Shown: positions 20,082 through 30,674, counted from the stretch's first letter. The stretch: DNA of 64,000 bases from an uncultured Gammaproteobacteria bacterium (GCA_964573235.1 CAZNIV010000003.1:1482-65481); one strand, 5' to 3'. A program made the numbers and translations. Notes: a model not told the origin generated them from the sequence alone.

Positions 20082-21276
20082 AAAAATAGTTTATTTAGAT
20101 TATGCTGCTACTACGCCGGTGGATAAGCGGGTTCTGACAGCAATGATGCCATATTTTTCTGATAATTTTGGTAACGCTTCTTCAATTCATGTGGCGGGAT
20201 CCATGGCCTTGAGTGCAGTAGATAAGGCGAGGGGTCAAATAGCCCTTCTTTTGCATTGCAATGCCTCAGATGTGTATTTCACCAGTGGTGCTACGGAAAG
20301 TGATAATTTGGCCATTTTGGGGCTAATTAGGGGTATTGTTAAAAATCAAACAGGATTTAAGCCACATGTTATTGTTTCAGCAATTGAGCATGAAGCAATA
20401 TTAGAACCGGTCAAAAGGCTGGCTAATGATGGTTTAATTGAAGTTTATTTTTTAGGAGTAGATAATGATGGTTTAGTAAATTTAGATGAATTGAAGAGGG
20501 TTGTTCAAGAGAATACGGTTTTAGTTTCTATTATGTTAGCTAATAATGAAATTGGAGCTATTCAGCCAATTACTGAAGTTGCCTCAGTGATAGCAGATAT
20601 TAATATTGATCGTAAGCAGAAAATATATTTTCATACCGATGCCACTCAGGCCCCAGCTTATGTTAATTGTGATGTCAATAAGTTAGGTGTTGATACGATG
20701 TCGTTGTCGGCACATAAAATTTATGGTCCAAAGGGAGTTGGTGCTTTGTATGTTAAAAAAGGAACCCCTATGGAGTCTTTAGTTTATGGCGGGGGGCAAC
20801 AAGGTGGGGTGCGCTCAGGCACTTATAATGTGTCTGGCATCGTAGGATTTGGTCAGGCGATCGCTATTCTGGCGGATAAAAAAAATCAGATTAAAGAAAA
20901 TAGTCGGATCAAAAAAATGCGTGATTATTTGATTAAAGGTTTAAAAAAGAAAATTTCTAAAATAACTGTTAACGGATCGCTAAAGCAGCGGTTACCTAAT
21001 AATGCCAGTTTTATCATTCCGGGCGTAGAGGGGGAGAGTATGCTATTGATGTTATCGCAAAGAGGCATAGCAGTCTCTACTGGCTCTGCTTGTTCTTCAG
21101 GGTCACTAGAGCCGTCCCATGTTTTATTGGCTATTGGCGTTCCTCAAGAGTTGGCTCATGGTAGTTTAAGGGTTACGCTGGGGAGATTTACAGTCAAAAA
21201 AGATGTAGATAAGTTAATTAAAGAATTGCCTTTAATAGTTGAAAACTTAAGACGAATGTCGCCACTTAAAAGTTAA
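20071..21276 (+). CDS. cysteine desulfurase (class V aminotransferase, IscS/NifS-like)
   Basis: PLP-lysine region (SAHKIYGPKG) and active-site Cys loop (SGSACSS). Confidence 0.85.
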   Translation: MLNKKIVYLDYAATTPVDKRVLTAMMPYFSDNFGNASSIHVAGSMALSAVDKARGQIALLLHCNASDVYFTSGATESDNLAILGLIRGIVKNQTGFKPHVIVSAIEHEAILEPVKRLANDGLIEVYFLGVDNDGLVNLDELKRVVQENTVLVSIMLANNEIGAIQPITEVASVIADINIDRKQKIYFHTDATQAPAYVNCDVNKLGVDTMSLSAHKIYGPKGVGALYVKKGTPMESLVYGGGQQGGVRSGTYNVSGIVGFGQAIAILADKKNQIKENSRIKKMRDYLIKGLKKKISKITVNGSLKQRLPNNASFIIPGVEGESMLLMLSQRGIAVSTGSACSSGSLEPSHVLLAIGVPQELAHGSLRVTLGRFTVKKDVDKLIKELPLIVENLRRMSPLKS

Positions 21277-21310
21277 AAAAAACTCCCTCAAAAATGAGGG
21301 AGTTTTTTAA
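21275..21310. terminator. bidirectional terminator
   Basis: A8-CTCCCTCA-aaaa-TGAGGGAG-T6, a perfect 8-bp stem. Confidence 0.6.
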
Positions 21311-21318
21311 AAGATAAA

Positions 21319-21633
21319 TTATATCTTTTTTTCGGTAAAGGGGATAGGAGCAATAGGAGTAAATGGACTTTTAATGTCGGTATAATTATTATTATCGATG
21401 GTTTTTGATTTTAGATTGGTAATGATTTCTTGGAGGTCATTTTTTTTGATGACATTCTGGCTTGTATTGTTGTTTAAGTCACTAGGGTTGATTTCACAAG
21501 AAAGTGGCTTATAGATGCTTTGATAATAAAAATTTATAAAAAATAATAAAATAACCAAGATTAATATGATAGTAATGGAAAATGATTTTTCAGTTAATAA
21601 TGAAAGATTTATTTTTTTTGTTTGATAGTTCAT
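21319..21633 (-). CDS. small membrane protein, last gene of type IV pilus operon
   Basis: N-terminal TM helix. Sits as the last gene of the pilus operon. Confidence 0.4.
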   Translation of the reverse strand: MNYQTKKINLSLLTEKSFSITIILILVILLFFINFYYQSIYKPLSCEINPSDLNNNTSQNVIKKNDLQEIITNLKSKTIDNNNYTDIKSPFTPIAPIPFTEKKI

Positions 21634-21639
21634 ATGAGT

Positions 21640-22194
21640 TTAATTTTCTTGTAGATATACTTTGCCGATTAGCTGGACGGAAACAAAATCAGGGTTGTTG
21701 GTACTAGAGTTATCAGTTATGGTGATTGAGTCGCTATTATAGTAGGTTGGTAATAGGCTCATTTCTTTAATAAAATTTAATATTTTTAAGAAACTGCCAT
21801 TTAAAATAATTTTGAATATCAAAACCTTGGTATTGTTATTGATGTTTTGAGTAATGAAATCAGAACTCACATTGATAGTAATGTTATTTTTATTGGCAAT
21901 GGATTCTAATTGAGAGATGTATTCTAATTCTTTGTCTTTTAAGACAAAAATATTAACTGTCTGTTTAATAAGCTCTTTAGCGTTTTTAATATCCTCTTTA
22001 TTTTTTTTGTCGTTGGCGCTATAAGCGACTTTATTTTCTAAATCGGCTTGCTTAAGACTAATACTAGAGCCAATTTTTTTGATATCTTTAATGGTGGGTA
22101 AGGTAATAAAGAAAATTATTAAACTGGAAATGGCTAATAATCCAAGTAAACGATAAGTAAAGTTTTTTTGTAAATTTTTATCCATGGAATTCAT
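21640..22194 (-). CDS. PilO-like pilus assembly protein
   Basis: N-terminal TM helix plus a coiled-coil region, placed after PilN. Confidence 0.45.
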   Translation of the reverse strand: MNSMDKNLQKNFTYRLLGLLAISSLIIFFITLPTIKDIKKIGSSISLKQADLENKVAYSANDKKNKEDIKNAKELIKQTVNIFVLKDKELEYISQLESIANKNNITINVSSDFITQNINNNTKVLIFKIILNGSFLKILNFIKEMSLLPTYYNSDSITITDNSSTNNPDFVSVQLIGKVYLQEN

Positions 22195-22717
22195 CTAAAT
22201 TTATTTTGGCCTTGATGGTAAAGGAATTTTTTTCTTGCGATAAAAGGTCGCTGTTGGGCAGAGCTACTTGAGAAATAAATCCAGAATCGTTAAGGATTTT
22301 TTTAAATTCTATTAAGGCATTGCGGTTAAGGGCGGTACCGGATAGCTCTATTTCTTTGGTTTGTTTGCGAACAGTGATGGTTTTTAAATTAATATCAGCC
22401 GGAATAATAGTAGATAGCTTGGCTAATATCTTAGTATCATTGTAATATTGGCTCTGAATAGCCTTAGCAGAATTAATTTGCTTGTTAATTGTGTTGATTT
22501 CTTGATTATGCAATTCAGCGTTTTGTTCTTGCATGGCATTTTTTTCGGTAACATTAATCAGTTGTTGTTCCAAAAAAGACTTAGCAATAACTAATAAAAA
22601 TGATATTAGTAAAGTAAAAAGTAAAATCAATAAAACTGATTCTTTGATTAGGGAATATGTTCTTTTGGCTTGAATAATTTTTCTTTGTTCTGGGGATAAC
22701 AAATTAATACCTATCAT
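22178..22717 (-). CDS. pilN: type IV pilus assembly protein PilN
   Basis: N-terminus (INLLSPEQRK, then a TM helix) is typical of the PilN family. Confidence 0.65.
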   Translation of the reverse strand: MIGINLLSPEQRKIIQAKRTYSLIKESVLLILLFTLLISFLLVIAKSFLEQQLINVTEKNAMQEQNAELHNQEINTINKQINSAKAIQSQYYNDTKILAKLSTIIPADINLKTITVRKQTKEIELSGTALNRNALIEFKKILNDSGFISQVALPNSDLLSQEKNSFTIKAKINLDEFHG

Positions 22718-23778
22718 AGTAAATTTTTATGATCAATACCTCTTAAGGCTAAGCCAATAGTGGTAGTATATGATTGAGAGCGATGAATATCAAAGTAGTT
22801 TGGTAAGTTGTTGATGACATTTTTCCAGGGGTCACTAGTGGAAACGGGTAAGCCGAGTCTTTCTTTTAAAAGATCGGATATACCAGGAAGATTGGCGCCA
22901 CCACCGCATAGGGTGATTTGCTTGATCTCTTTTTCGATACCAAAATTGTCTTCATAAAAATTAATCGCTTGTTTTATTTCGATTATTAACTCGTCTACTA
23001 GATCGGAAAGTATTTCAATTAGTGCTCCGTGGCATTTGTTGCGATCAAGACCGCAAACTAATTTTATTTTTTCAGCTTTTTCTTGGTCAATATCTAAAAC
23101 TTTGGCAATATCTTTGGTTAGCCCGTTACCAGAAATGCCAAGAGAAATAGTGAACATAATATAGCCATTATCGTAAACAAAGAGCCCGGTACGATTAGCA
23201 CCAAAATCAATAACAATTTGTGGATCAGTGGTGAGATTGACTGGAAAAAGGGCGCGAGCAATAGCGGCTGCTTCAATTTCGAGTACCACGGGCGTGATGC
23301 CTGCCTGACTAATAAGTTTTGTGTAGGAGTTAACAATATTTTTAGGGCAGGTGCCGATTAAGATATTGTAGTTAGTTGGGGTTTCTGAAATTATTTGCCA
23401 ATTGAAAAAGATATTTTCAAAATCTAGAGGGATATGTTGAGGAATAATTTCTTTGATTTTATTTTCAATGTCGGTATTTTTTTCTTTGGCGATAGTAATG
23501 ACTTTTAAAAACGTTTTACTTTCAGGTAAAGTTGCAACCACCTCTTTGCTTAATTCACCCGAGCCAACTTTGGTTTTGATTAATTCTTTTAGTTTTTCAA
23601 GACAAATTTCAGGGTTAATTATTTCACCTTCTTTGATGGCACCAATAGGTAAATTAACCTCATTATAGAATTGAATGATTTTTTTACTGTTATTTTTTTG
23701 TGTCAGCTGAACTAACCTTAGACTGGAATCGGAAATGTCTAGGCCAAAGGCGTGCTCAGTTGTTTTAAAAATAGACAT
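22714..23778 (-). CDS. pilM: type IV pilus assembly protein PilM (actin-like ATPase)
   Basis: Actin/FtsA-like fold with GLDI and phosphate motifs. Overlaps pilN by 4 nt. Confidence 0.8.
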   Translation of the reverse strand: MSIFKTTEHAFGLDISDSSLRLVQLTQKNNSKKIIQFYNEVNLPIGAIKEGEIINPEICLEKLKELIKTKVGSGELSKEVVATLPESKTFLKVITIAKEKNTDIENKIKEIIPQHIPLDFENIFFNWQIISETPTNYNILIGTCPKNIVNSYTKLISQAGITPVVLEIEAAAIARALFPVNLTTDPQIVIDFGANRTGLFVYDNGYIMFTISLGISGNGLTKDIAKVLDIDQEKAEKIKLVCGLDRNKCHGALIEILSDLVDELIIEIKQAINFYEDNFGIEKEIKQITLCGGGANLPGISDLLKERLGLPVSTSDPWKNVINNLPNYFDIHRSQSYTTTIGLALRGIDHKNLL

Positions 23779-23862
23779 AATTGATTAGGCACAATAGCTG
23801 AAGAATATTACTTCTATTATACAATAAAAATTAATAAATGACTAATGTATAAATAGTATTAA

Positions 23863-25329
23863 TTATTTAACCTCTTCCCAAGAAATAATGGAATAATAAT
23901 CAGAAGCTAATGGAATGTATGGAGGGGGGTTGTAAAGTAAGTTGGTATCATAAATAATATTTCTGATTTGGTAGCCATTTCCATCAGTGTAGGCAAAGCC
24001 ATATCTCAAATTGGTGGCAATCATACCATAGAGGGTGATAGTGCTTCTGGTATCGTAAGCTTCGCATTGGGAATGATCATAGTAGTATCTTCCTACGCGG
24101 CCATTTTGGGCGATAAGAGCCGCGTCTATTTCTAGGTTGTCTTCGCTAACTAGACCGACATTAATATTGCCTTGGGCGATTAGGGCCATGGTATCTTGAC
24201 CGTCGTGGTTGGTGTATTTAATGTCGTTATTAATAATTATGTTGTTTTTATTTAGGTTATTATCAATAAAGCGTGCTGAAGCAATAGTTAAATGGGCGGT
24301 ATTGATAGTGCCATCAACCCAAATATTGTCTTCGGCAAAAATTAAGCCGTTGGTGGGAAAGGCAAGATTAGAGCTGATTATTGTTTCAGTTCCAATACTC
24401 CATTGCGACCAATTTTCTTGATCTGACTTATTAGCGCAAGCTCCTTGAACTTTATATTGTTTATTGACTTTATATAGATCATAAGTGTCATTGGTTTTTA
24501 AAACAATATGATAGCCTTCAACACCGGAATTGCCCAGATATTTGCCGGATGTTTGCGCTATCGTTTTCATATTCGATAAGTTTTGAGTGATGCCAGTAAA
24601 ATCAAAGGCAGGGACGGATATTTGGCGACCGCCTAAAAACACATCTGGACGATTAGGCAGAGAGTTGGGTGGAGCTTCAGCGGCAACATAATTATCAGTT
24701 ACTTGTGAATTGGGTGGCGTTGTAACATGAGTATGAACGCCAAGTTCCGATCCGCCGGTGTGATCGGGGTCATCATAGGAAGCTTTTGAGGAGGCGACTA
24801 AGTTGTGTGCTAAGCCATCAAAGCGCACGCCATTATTGACTTGAATTTGGCCAAAAACTTCCGTGCCTTCGCCGAAGCGCATCATTTCATCGGCAGCGAC
24901 AGCAAACCTAGCTAATGATGGTATAGCCATACGTACTTTAATTTTTCGATAGGTAGATGAACTAACGTCTACTCTTCCGGTAGAAATAATAGTAATAATA
25001 GTTGAACCAACGGTTGGTGGAGTAATATCTAAAGAAAATGTTCCTATTTTTTTATTATCACGGTCATAATAGGAGTGTACATAAGGGCCAGCGCTCTGCC
25101 CCCCATCTTTGTAGTCGGTGGGGTTATGGGCCAAGTGCCAACGATAATATTCAATACCAGCCTCAGCTATTTGAAACGCTTGCTCGCTATTATTTAGTCG
25201 TTTGGCAGAAGTAAATAATATAGAGAACCAACCAGATAAACTAAGCATAATAAAAGTTCCTAATGCAGTGAATACTAGAATAGTTAACAGGATGTAACCC
25301 CTTGATTTTTTTGTTTTCTGGTTTGGCAT
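23863..25329 (-). CDS. PilX-like pilus-associated protein
   Basis: N-terminal TM helix followed by a PilX_N-like segment, then a long secreted domain. Confidence 0.5.
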   Translation of the reverse strand: MPNQKTKKSRGYILLTILVFTALGTFIMLSLSGWFSILFTSAKRLNNSEQAFQIAEAGIEYYRWHLAHNPTDYKDGGQSAGPYVHSYYDRDNKKIGTFSLDITPPTVGSTIITIISTGRVDVSSSTYRKIKVRMAIPSLARFAVAADEMMRFGEGTEVFGQIQVNNGVRFDGLAHNLVASSKASYDDPDHTGGSELGVHTHVTTPPNSQVTDNYVAAEAPPNSLPNRPDVFLGGRQISVPAFDFTGITQNLSNMKTIAQTSGKYLGNSGVEGYHIVLKTNDTYDLYKVNKQYKVQGACANKSDQENWSQWSIGTETIISSNLAFPTNGLIFAEDNIWVDGTINTAHLTIASARFIDNNLNKNNIIINNDIKYTNHDGQDTMALIAQGNINVGLVSEDNLEIDAALIAQNGRVGRYYYDHSQCEAYDTRSTITLYGMIATNLRYGFAYTDGNGYQIRNIIYDTNLLYNPPPYIPLASDYYSIISWEEVK

Positions 25330-25344
25330 TTTGCTTAAGAGGTA

Positions 25345-25986
25345 TTAATAGTTATCTTTAAAGTTCCGAATAGATATTTGGGTGGTAAATATTTGTTGAT
25401 AAGGGGCTCGATTAATATCAATATCAGTAACAAGATTAATTTTTATTAAATTAATACTTTGAATGTTTACAGGCTGGGTTAATGGGGTGCTACTACCAGT
25501 ATAGGTGTCTGGATAATATTGAAAAACAGGAGTAGAAGAGGTATTGCGAAGACCTTCAATTAAAGTGCTAAATTTTTCTTGATTGGCTGGGTAGGTTATT
25601 GGTGTGCCGGTAGCTTTTATTACGCCTTTTTTAAAGTAATCTCCTGATACAAAATAATGTACAAGTTCAGTTGAGCCGTCTAGATCGATGTCGCTAAAAA
25701 ATATAAAAGTGGATGTCCCAGCCTGTTCAATGCCGTAAGCGCCGGTCATCGAGGCGCGGATAGAGCGAATTTCTGTTGCCATAGGGCGAATAATTGCCTT
25801 GGATTGACCTTCAGAGGTATAGCTTTCTTGAACATAGTTTTTAATGAAAAAAATATTTCGAGAAAAAGCACCAATGAGTAATATTATAATACTAGAAATA
25901 GCAACAACAATAGCTATTTCTAATAGGGTGAAACCGGTAGTAGTGGTTTTATGTTTTAAAAATGATTTAAACTTATGCTTTTTCAT
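25345..25986 (-). CDS. prepilin-type minor pilin/pseudopilin
   Basis: GFTLLEIAIVVAI class-III signal (N-methylation motif). Confidence 0.6.
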   Translation of the reverse strand: MKKHKFKSFLKHKTTTTGFTLLEIAIVVAISSIIILLIGAFSRNIFFIKNYVQESYTSEGQSKAIIRPMATEIRSIRASMTGAYGIEQAGTSTFIFFSDIDLDGSTELVHYFVSGDYFKKGVIKATGTPITYPANQEKFSTLIEGLRNTSSTPVFQYYPDTYTGSSTPLTQPVNIQSINLIKINLVTDIDINRAPYQQIFTTQISIRNFKDNY

Positions 25987-27803
25987 TATTTTTGCATTAA
26001 GTTAAATATTGCTTCTTGCCAGGGTGAAGATAAACTAATACTTTTAGTTGAGCTTTGGTAGCCATCTTTTTCTATTAGAATATTGTATGAGCCAAGAGTC
26101 AAACCACCAAAAGAAACTTGTCCCGAAGGAGCACAGGAGTAGGTGTAAGTAATATATAAATCATTTAGTGTTGGAGTATATTTAGTATCAGTGGTGGTTA
26201 AAAATATTTTATAGCGAAAATATCTTTTTCCACTGGATGAAGATGATGGAATATTTTGATTATCAATAGTGAAATAGCTAGCCGCAGTGTCATCGGGACC
26301 AATAAATGACCAAGTGGTAGTGGCCGTATCTGTATCGGCAAAAGCCATCTGAGCTTTAATAGTAGTAGAGGCAGTGTTTATATTTGGTACCCATAAAATT
26401 TGATTATATTGAGGTAGTATTTGTGTATCAAAGGTCGAGGATTCTAGATTTCCGTTATTTAAATAGTAGCCAAAACTTTTGACGAGAGAAATTTGACCAG
26501 CAGTGGCATAATTAATACCACTAGAAAAGGAATAGAACTTTGCTGGGTTGGCGTAGCTTACTTGTCCGTCACCGCCAGACCAATCGGTTTGAGATAGATA
26601 GCCACGACCAGAAATTTTTTGGCCAATGTAATTTAAATTACCATCTGTTAATGTTACCCTGGCATCGGTTATGGCTAATCCGGTTACATTGTCTTTTACA
26701 GTGACAATTAGGCGGTTGGGATTTTTGGAGGCTAAAATAGCAAATACGGAAACGGTAGAGCTAGGTGAGATAAAAACTGGCCAAAGTGGATTGGTACCGA
26801 TCAAATCGTAGGTGGAGCTAGAAAAATTAAAATTATAGCTGTCCCATTCCATGTTGCTGAGATTAAGAGATCCGGAGGCGTCGGTGGTATATGGTTGATT
26901 GAATTTATAAACAGTGGGATTGGTACCAATAATTTTAGTTCCGGTAATTTTTAGGGGGACTGAGCCTATGGGGTTACACGATGAATTGAGAGTGGTTAAT
27001 TGTAGTTGGCTAGTTTTATCAATTGAGAAACTTATTTTGGTTAATTGTTGTATGCTAACGGTTGAATGCGGTTTGCTGGGATAAGGGTTTTCCGTGGCAC
27101 CGTTTTTGTAAGTTTTTTCTGTTGAATAGCCGGATTTAGAAACGGTTATTTCGTAATTTTGAGCGCTAGGTGGGGTGTCGACAATTTGAACTTGTCCGCT
27201 GGAATTAGTTACTTCATCAATACTGATTTTAGGAGTTGAGGCGTTATTTTCAATATGAACATTGGCGTCGGCGATTGATATGCCAGTTGCATCAAAAACA
27301 TTAATAAAAAGCGAACCGTTAGTAGAAGCTTGCTCGAGATTTTTTGGGGCAATAAAAGAGGAATAAATTAACGGTTGAAAATTTTTACAGCTAGTGCAAG
27401 TTACCTCCACTTCCATTAATTTATAGTCAGCCGGAGAAGTATCATTGCGGGTGCTACTACCAACTTGACCATCAAAGGCGTCATCAATATTTCTAATGGT
27501 AGTAGTAATTAAAAAGCTAAGATTGTTTCTGGTTAATGTTTGGAAACGGGAAAGAGTGCCACTAGGAACGCCATTAATTAGACCAACCGAGGAGTAGGGT
27601 AAATTATGGGCAATTTCAAATTGCTCGTTGGCTAAATCAATTGCCGCAGCTTTGATACGTAAAAGATTTGAACCTTCAACGAGTTTGGCATAGCCTTGGT
27701 ATATGGCCATGGCCACGATACTAAAAATGGCGATACTAAAAATGACTTCAATAAGAGTAAAGCCAGCACGGGATTTTATTGGCCTAGTTAAGTATTTTTT
27801 CAT
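25986..27803 (-). CDS. giant pseudopilin (605 aa) with CarboxypepD_reg-like beta-sandwich repeats
   Basis: RAGFTLIEVIFSIAIF prepilin N-terminus. At least three segments of the form KxxGY..xxxxY resemble the carboxypeptidase-regulatory-domain fold. Confidence 0.55.
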   Translation of the reverse strand: MKKYLTRPIKSRAGFTLIEVIFSIAIFSIVAMAIYQGYAKLVEGSNLLRIKAAAIDLANEQFEIAHNLPYSSVGLINGVPSGTLSRFQTLTRNNLSFLITTTIRNIDDAFDGQVGSSTRNDTSPADYKLMEVEVTCTSCKNFQPLIYSSFIAPKNLEQASTNGSLFINVFDATGISIADANVHIENNASTPKISIDEVTNSSGQVQIVDTPPSAQNYEITVSKSGYSTEKTYKNGATENPYPSKPHSTVSIQQLTKISFSIDKTSQLQLTTLNSSCNPIGSVPLKITGTKIIGTNPTVYKFNQPYTTDASGSLNLSNMEWDSYNFNFSSSTYDLIGTNPLWPVFISPSSTVSVFAILASKNPNRLIVTVKDNVTGLAITDARVTLTDGNLNYIGQKISGRGYLSQTDWSGGDGQVSYANPAKFYSFSSGINYATAGQISLVKSFGYYLNNGNLESSTFDTQILPQYNQILWVPNINTASTTIKAQMAFADTDTATTTWSFIGPDDTAASYFTIDNQNIPSSSSSGKRYFRYKIFLTTTDTKYTPTLNDLYITYTYSCAPSGQVSFGGLTLGSYNILIEKDGYQSSTKSISLSSPWQEAIFNLMQK

Positions 27804-27842
27804 TAAAAAAGAATTTATTACCGTATAAGTAACGTTTTACGT

Positions 27843-28925
27843 TTAGAAGTTATTAGCCAAGGAGTACATTGGCATCATAACGGCTAAGGCAACTATGGCA
27901 ATGGCGCCACCCATACACAACATTAAAACAGGCTCAATAATAGTCGGTAAATTGTTCATAGTATTTGAAACTTCTTCTTCGTAAAAGCCAGCGATAGTAT
28001 CTAAAATTTCATCTAATGATCCCGTTTCTTCGCCGACGGCCACCATTTGTTGCATGATAGGTGGAAAGATATCGGGGTGACTGGTAAAAACGGATTCTAA
28101 TTTTTGACCCTTTTTTATAAATTCTACCGATTCAATTAAGGCATTGCGATAAAAAGAATTGGTTACTACCTTAGAAGTTATTTCTAAGGCATTAATGATG
28201 TTAATGTCGGTTTTAATTAAAGAGCTAAGACTGCGAGAAATTCTGGCCAGATTAATTTTCGTAATAATCGGGCTGAGAATTGGTGTTTTAATCATAAGAT
28301 AGTCGAAAGTTCTTTTGCCAGAGGCGGTTTTCAATAAGCGAGTAATTAATACCGCTGAAAAAATGACTATGCCAAGGGTTAGTAAGCCATTGTTTTGAAG
28401 AAAACTACTAGTGCCAATTAATATTTTAGTGGCTAACGGCAATTCGATATTCATGTCTGTAAATACCTTGGTTAAGTTTGGCAAAATAAATAACATAATA
28501 AATATGCCAATACCCAACATGGCACATAAAATAATGATTGGATAAATCATGGCGCTTTTTATTTTGCCCTTGAGTTCGTAATCTTTCTTGGTTTGTAGGT
28601 ATAGAGTTTTTAATGTTTCTTCTAGTTTACCAGAAATTTCACCACTTTTAATCATATTAATGAACATTTCGTCAAAATCATCTTTGTAGTCTTCTAGGCT
28701 TTCGCCAAAATTTTTTCCTTGATTAATTTTGTCACTAACGGCAGTTAAAATCATTTTTAACTTTTTGTTGCTAGTTTGAGTAGTTAAAGTTTTTAAAGAT
28801 TCCGCCAAGGGGATGCCGGCCTTAATCATGATAGATAGGTTTTGCAATAAAAAAACTTTAGCCGTGACCGGCACTTTTTGAATTTTCTGAATGTAGTCAT
28901 CAATTTGATTAAAAGAAAAGCTCAT
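27843..28925 (-). CDS. pilC: type IV pilus platform protein PilC / GspF family
   Basis: Two GspF-like repeats and three TM segments. Confidence 0.8.
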   Translation of the reverse strand: MSFSFNQIDDYIQKIQKVPVTAKVFLLQNLSIMIKAGIPLAESLKTLTTQTSNKKLKMILTAVSDKINQGKNFGESLEDYKDDFDEMFINMIKSGEISGKLEETLKTLYLQTKKDYELKGKIKSAMIYPIIILCAMLGIGIFIMLFILPNLTKVFTDMNIELPLATKILIGTSSFLQNNGLLTLGIVIFSAVLITRLLKTASGKRTFDYLMIKTPILSPIITKINLARISRSLSSLIKTDINIINALEITSKVVTNSFYRNALIESVEFIKKGQKLESVFTSHPDIFPPIMQQMVAVGEETGSLDEILDTIAGFYEEEVSNTMNNLPTIIEPVLMLCMGGAIAIVALAVMMPMYSLANNF

Positions 28926-28927
28926 AA

Positions 28928-30649
28928 TTATTCTCTAGTTACTCTTAATACTTCTTCGATAGTGGTATCGCCAAATTTGGCTTTAATAAAACCGTCTTGC
29001 ATAATGGTGGTCATGCCATTTTTAATAGCAGTACTTTCTAATTGTTCGCGAGAAGCTTTTTGGAGGATTAATTCAGACATTTCAGTGTTAACTTCTAATA
29101 ATTCATATAAACCAACGCGGCCTTTGTAGCCGGTATTATTACAAATTTGGCAACCCTTGCCTCGGAAAAATAATATGGAACGAATGTTTTGATCTTTACT
29201 TAAATAACCACGAGACATTAGGGATTTTTCTACCTTATCCAGATCAAATTGTTTTTCTAATTCGGTAATAGTTTTCTTGTCTAAGTTATAGCTCTCGATG
29301 CAATTTTTACAAATTTTTCGGGCTAAACGTTGAGCAATAATTAAGTTAATAGTGGAGGCTAATAAAAAGGTTGGGATATTCATATCAAGCAAGCGAGGAA
29401 TAGCAGTAACCGCATCATTAGTATGCAATGTAGTGAGTACTAAGTGACCTGTCATGGCGGCATTAATGCTGATTTCGGCAGTTTCGGTATCGCGAGTTTC
29501 ACCAACTAGAATAATGTTAGGGTCTTGGCGTAAAAAGGCGCGCAAAGCCGAAGCAAAAGTATAGCCGATCTTTGGTTGAATTTGGCTTTGGTTGACTCCT
29601 GGCATGCGATATTCGATTGGGTCTTCAACAGTGGAAATATTAATTTCAGGCTTATTTAAAACACCGATAATTGTGTATAGGGTAGTGGTTTTACCAGAAC
29701 CGGTAGGGCCAGTTACTAAGATCATGCCGTGAGGTTTATAAATATTGCGCTCTAAAATCTCTAGGGCCTGAGGTAACAAGCCTAGTTGCTTGAGAGTCAG
29801 GGTTTGATTAGTATCAGGTAATAAACGCAAGACAATTTTTTCGCCGTCAAAAGTGGGGATAATAGAAACACGGAAAGATACTTGGTATTCGTTAGTTTTT
29901 ATCTTAAAGCGCCCATCTTGAGGTAAGCGATGTTCATCGATTTTTAAATTAGACAAGATTTTGATACGGGCTACTACGCCAGCATGAATAGCCTTGGGCA
30001 GTGTCATTACCTTTTTTAAGATGCCATCAATACGGTAACGCACGATTACCTCTTTTTCTAATGGTTCAATATGAATATCTGAGGCTTTTTCTAAATATGC
30101 GTATTCTAATAAAGTATCTACTACGCGAACAACGGGTAGATCTTGAGCTAGGGTTTTTAATTTGTCACTGCTTTCATTATCTTTATTTTCACTTTCTAAT
30201 TCTTTAAATTCAGCGTTTAACCCTTTATGATAGTGCTTTAAACCTTCTTGAATGCCTTCGGGGGTGGTAATATGTAGTTTGATTTTTAGTTCAGTTTTTT
30301 TGGCTAAAAAATCGCATAACTCCATGTTGGAAATATCTAGGCCAGCGATGAGTAATTCCGTATCGGTTTTATCAAAGGCAATCGTTTTATGAGCTTGAGC
30401 GGTAATTTCTGGAACTAATGATAAAACATCTGGGCGGATAGTTTTAACTTTTAAATCAATAAATGGCAGCTTATAAAATTTAGCTACCATTTCGTATAAG
30501 GCAACGGGGGTAACAAATTTATCGCGGATTAATAAATCCTCCACATTCTCACCATTCTTTTTGCTGGATTCAACATATGAAATAAGTTGCTTTTCATTAA
30601 GCAAGTTATTTTCTTTGACGATGATTTCTAAATCTTTTCGATTAATCAT
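28928..30649 (-). CDS. pilB: type IV pilus assembly ATPase PilB / GspE family
   Basis: Walker A GPTGSGKTTTLY, Asp and His boxes, and a tetracysteine CxxC...CxxC motif. Confidence 0.9.
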   Translation of the reverse strand: MINRKDLEIIVKENNLLNEKQLISYVESSKKNGENVEDLLIRDKFVTPVALYEMVAKFYKLPFIDLKVKTIRPDVLSLVPEITAQAHKTIAFDKTDTELLIAGLDISNMELCDFLAKKTELKIKLHITTPEGIQEGLKHYHKGLNAEFKELESENKDNESSDKLKTLAQDLPVVRVVDTLLEYAYLEKASDIHIEPLEKEVIVRYRIDGILKKVMTLPKAIHAGVVARIKILSNLKIDEHRLPQDGRFKIKTNEYQVSFRVSIIPTFDGEKIVLRLLPDTNQTLTLKQLGLLPQALEILERNIYKPHGMILVTGPTGSGKTTTLYTIIGVLNKPEINISTVEDPIEYRMPGVNQSQIQPKIGYTFASALRAFLRQDPNIILVGETRDTETAEISINAAMTGHLVLTTLHTNDAVTAIPRLLDMNIPTFLLASTINLIIAQRLARKICKNCIESYNLDKKTITELEKQFDLDKVEKSLMSRGYLSKDQNIRSILFFRGKGCQICNNTGYKGRVGLYELLEVNTEMSELILQKASREQLESTAIKNGMTTIMQDGFIKAKFGDTTIEEVLRVTRE

Positions 30650-30674
30650 GTTCTAAGTTATTATTGTTATCAAT

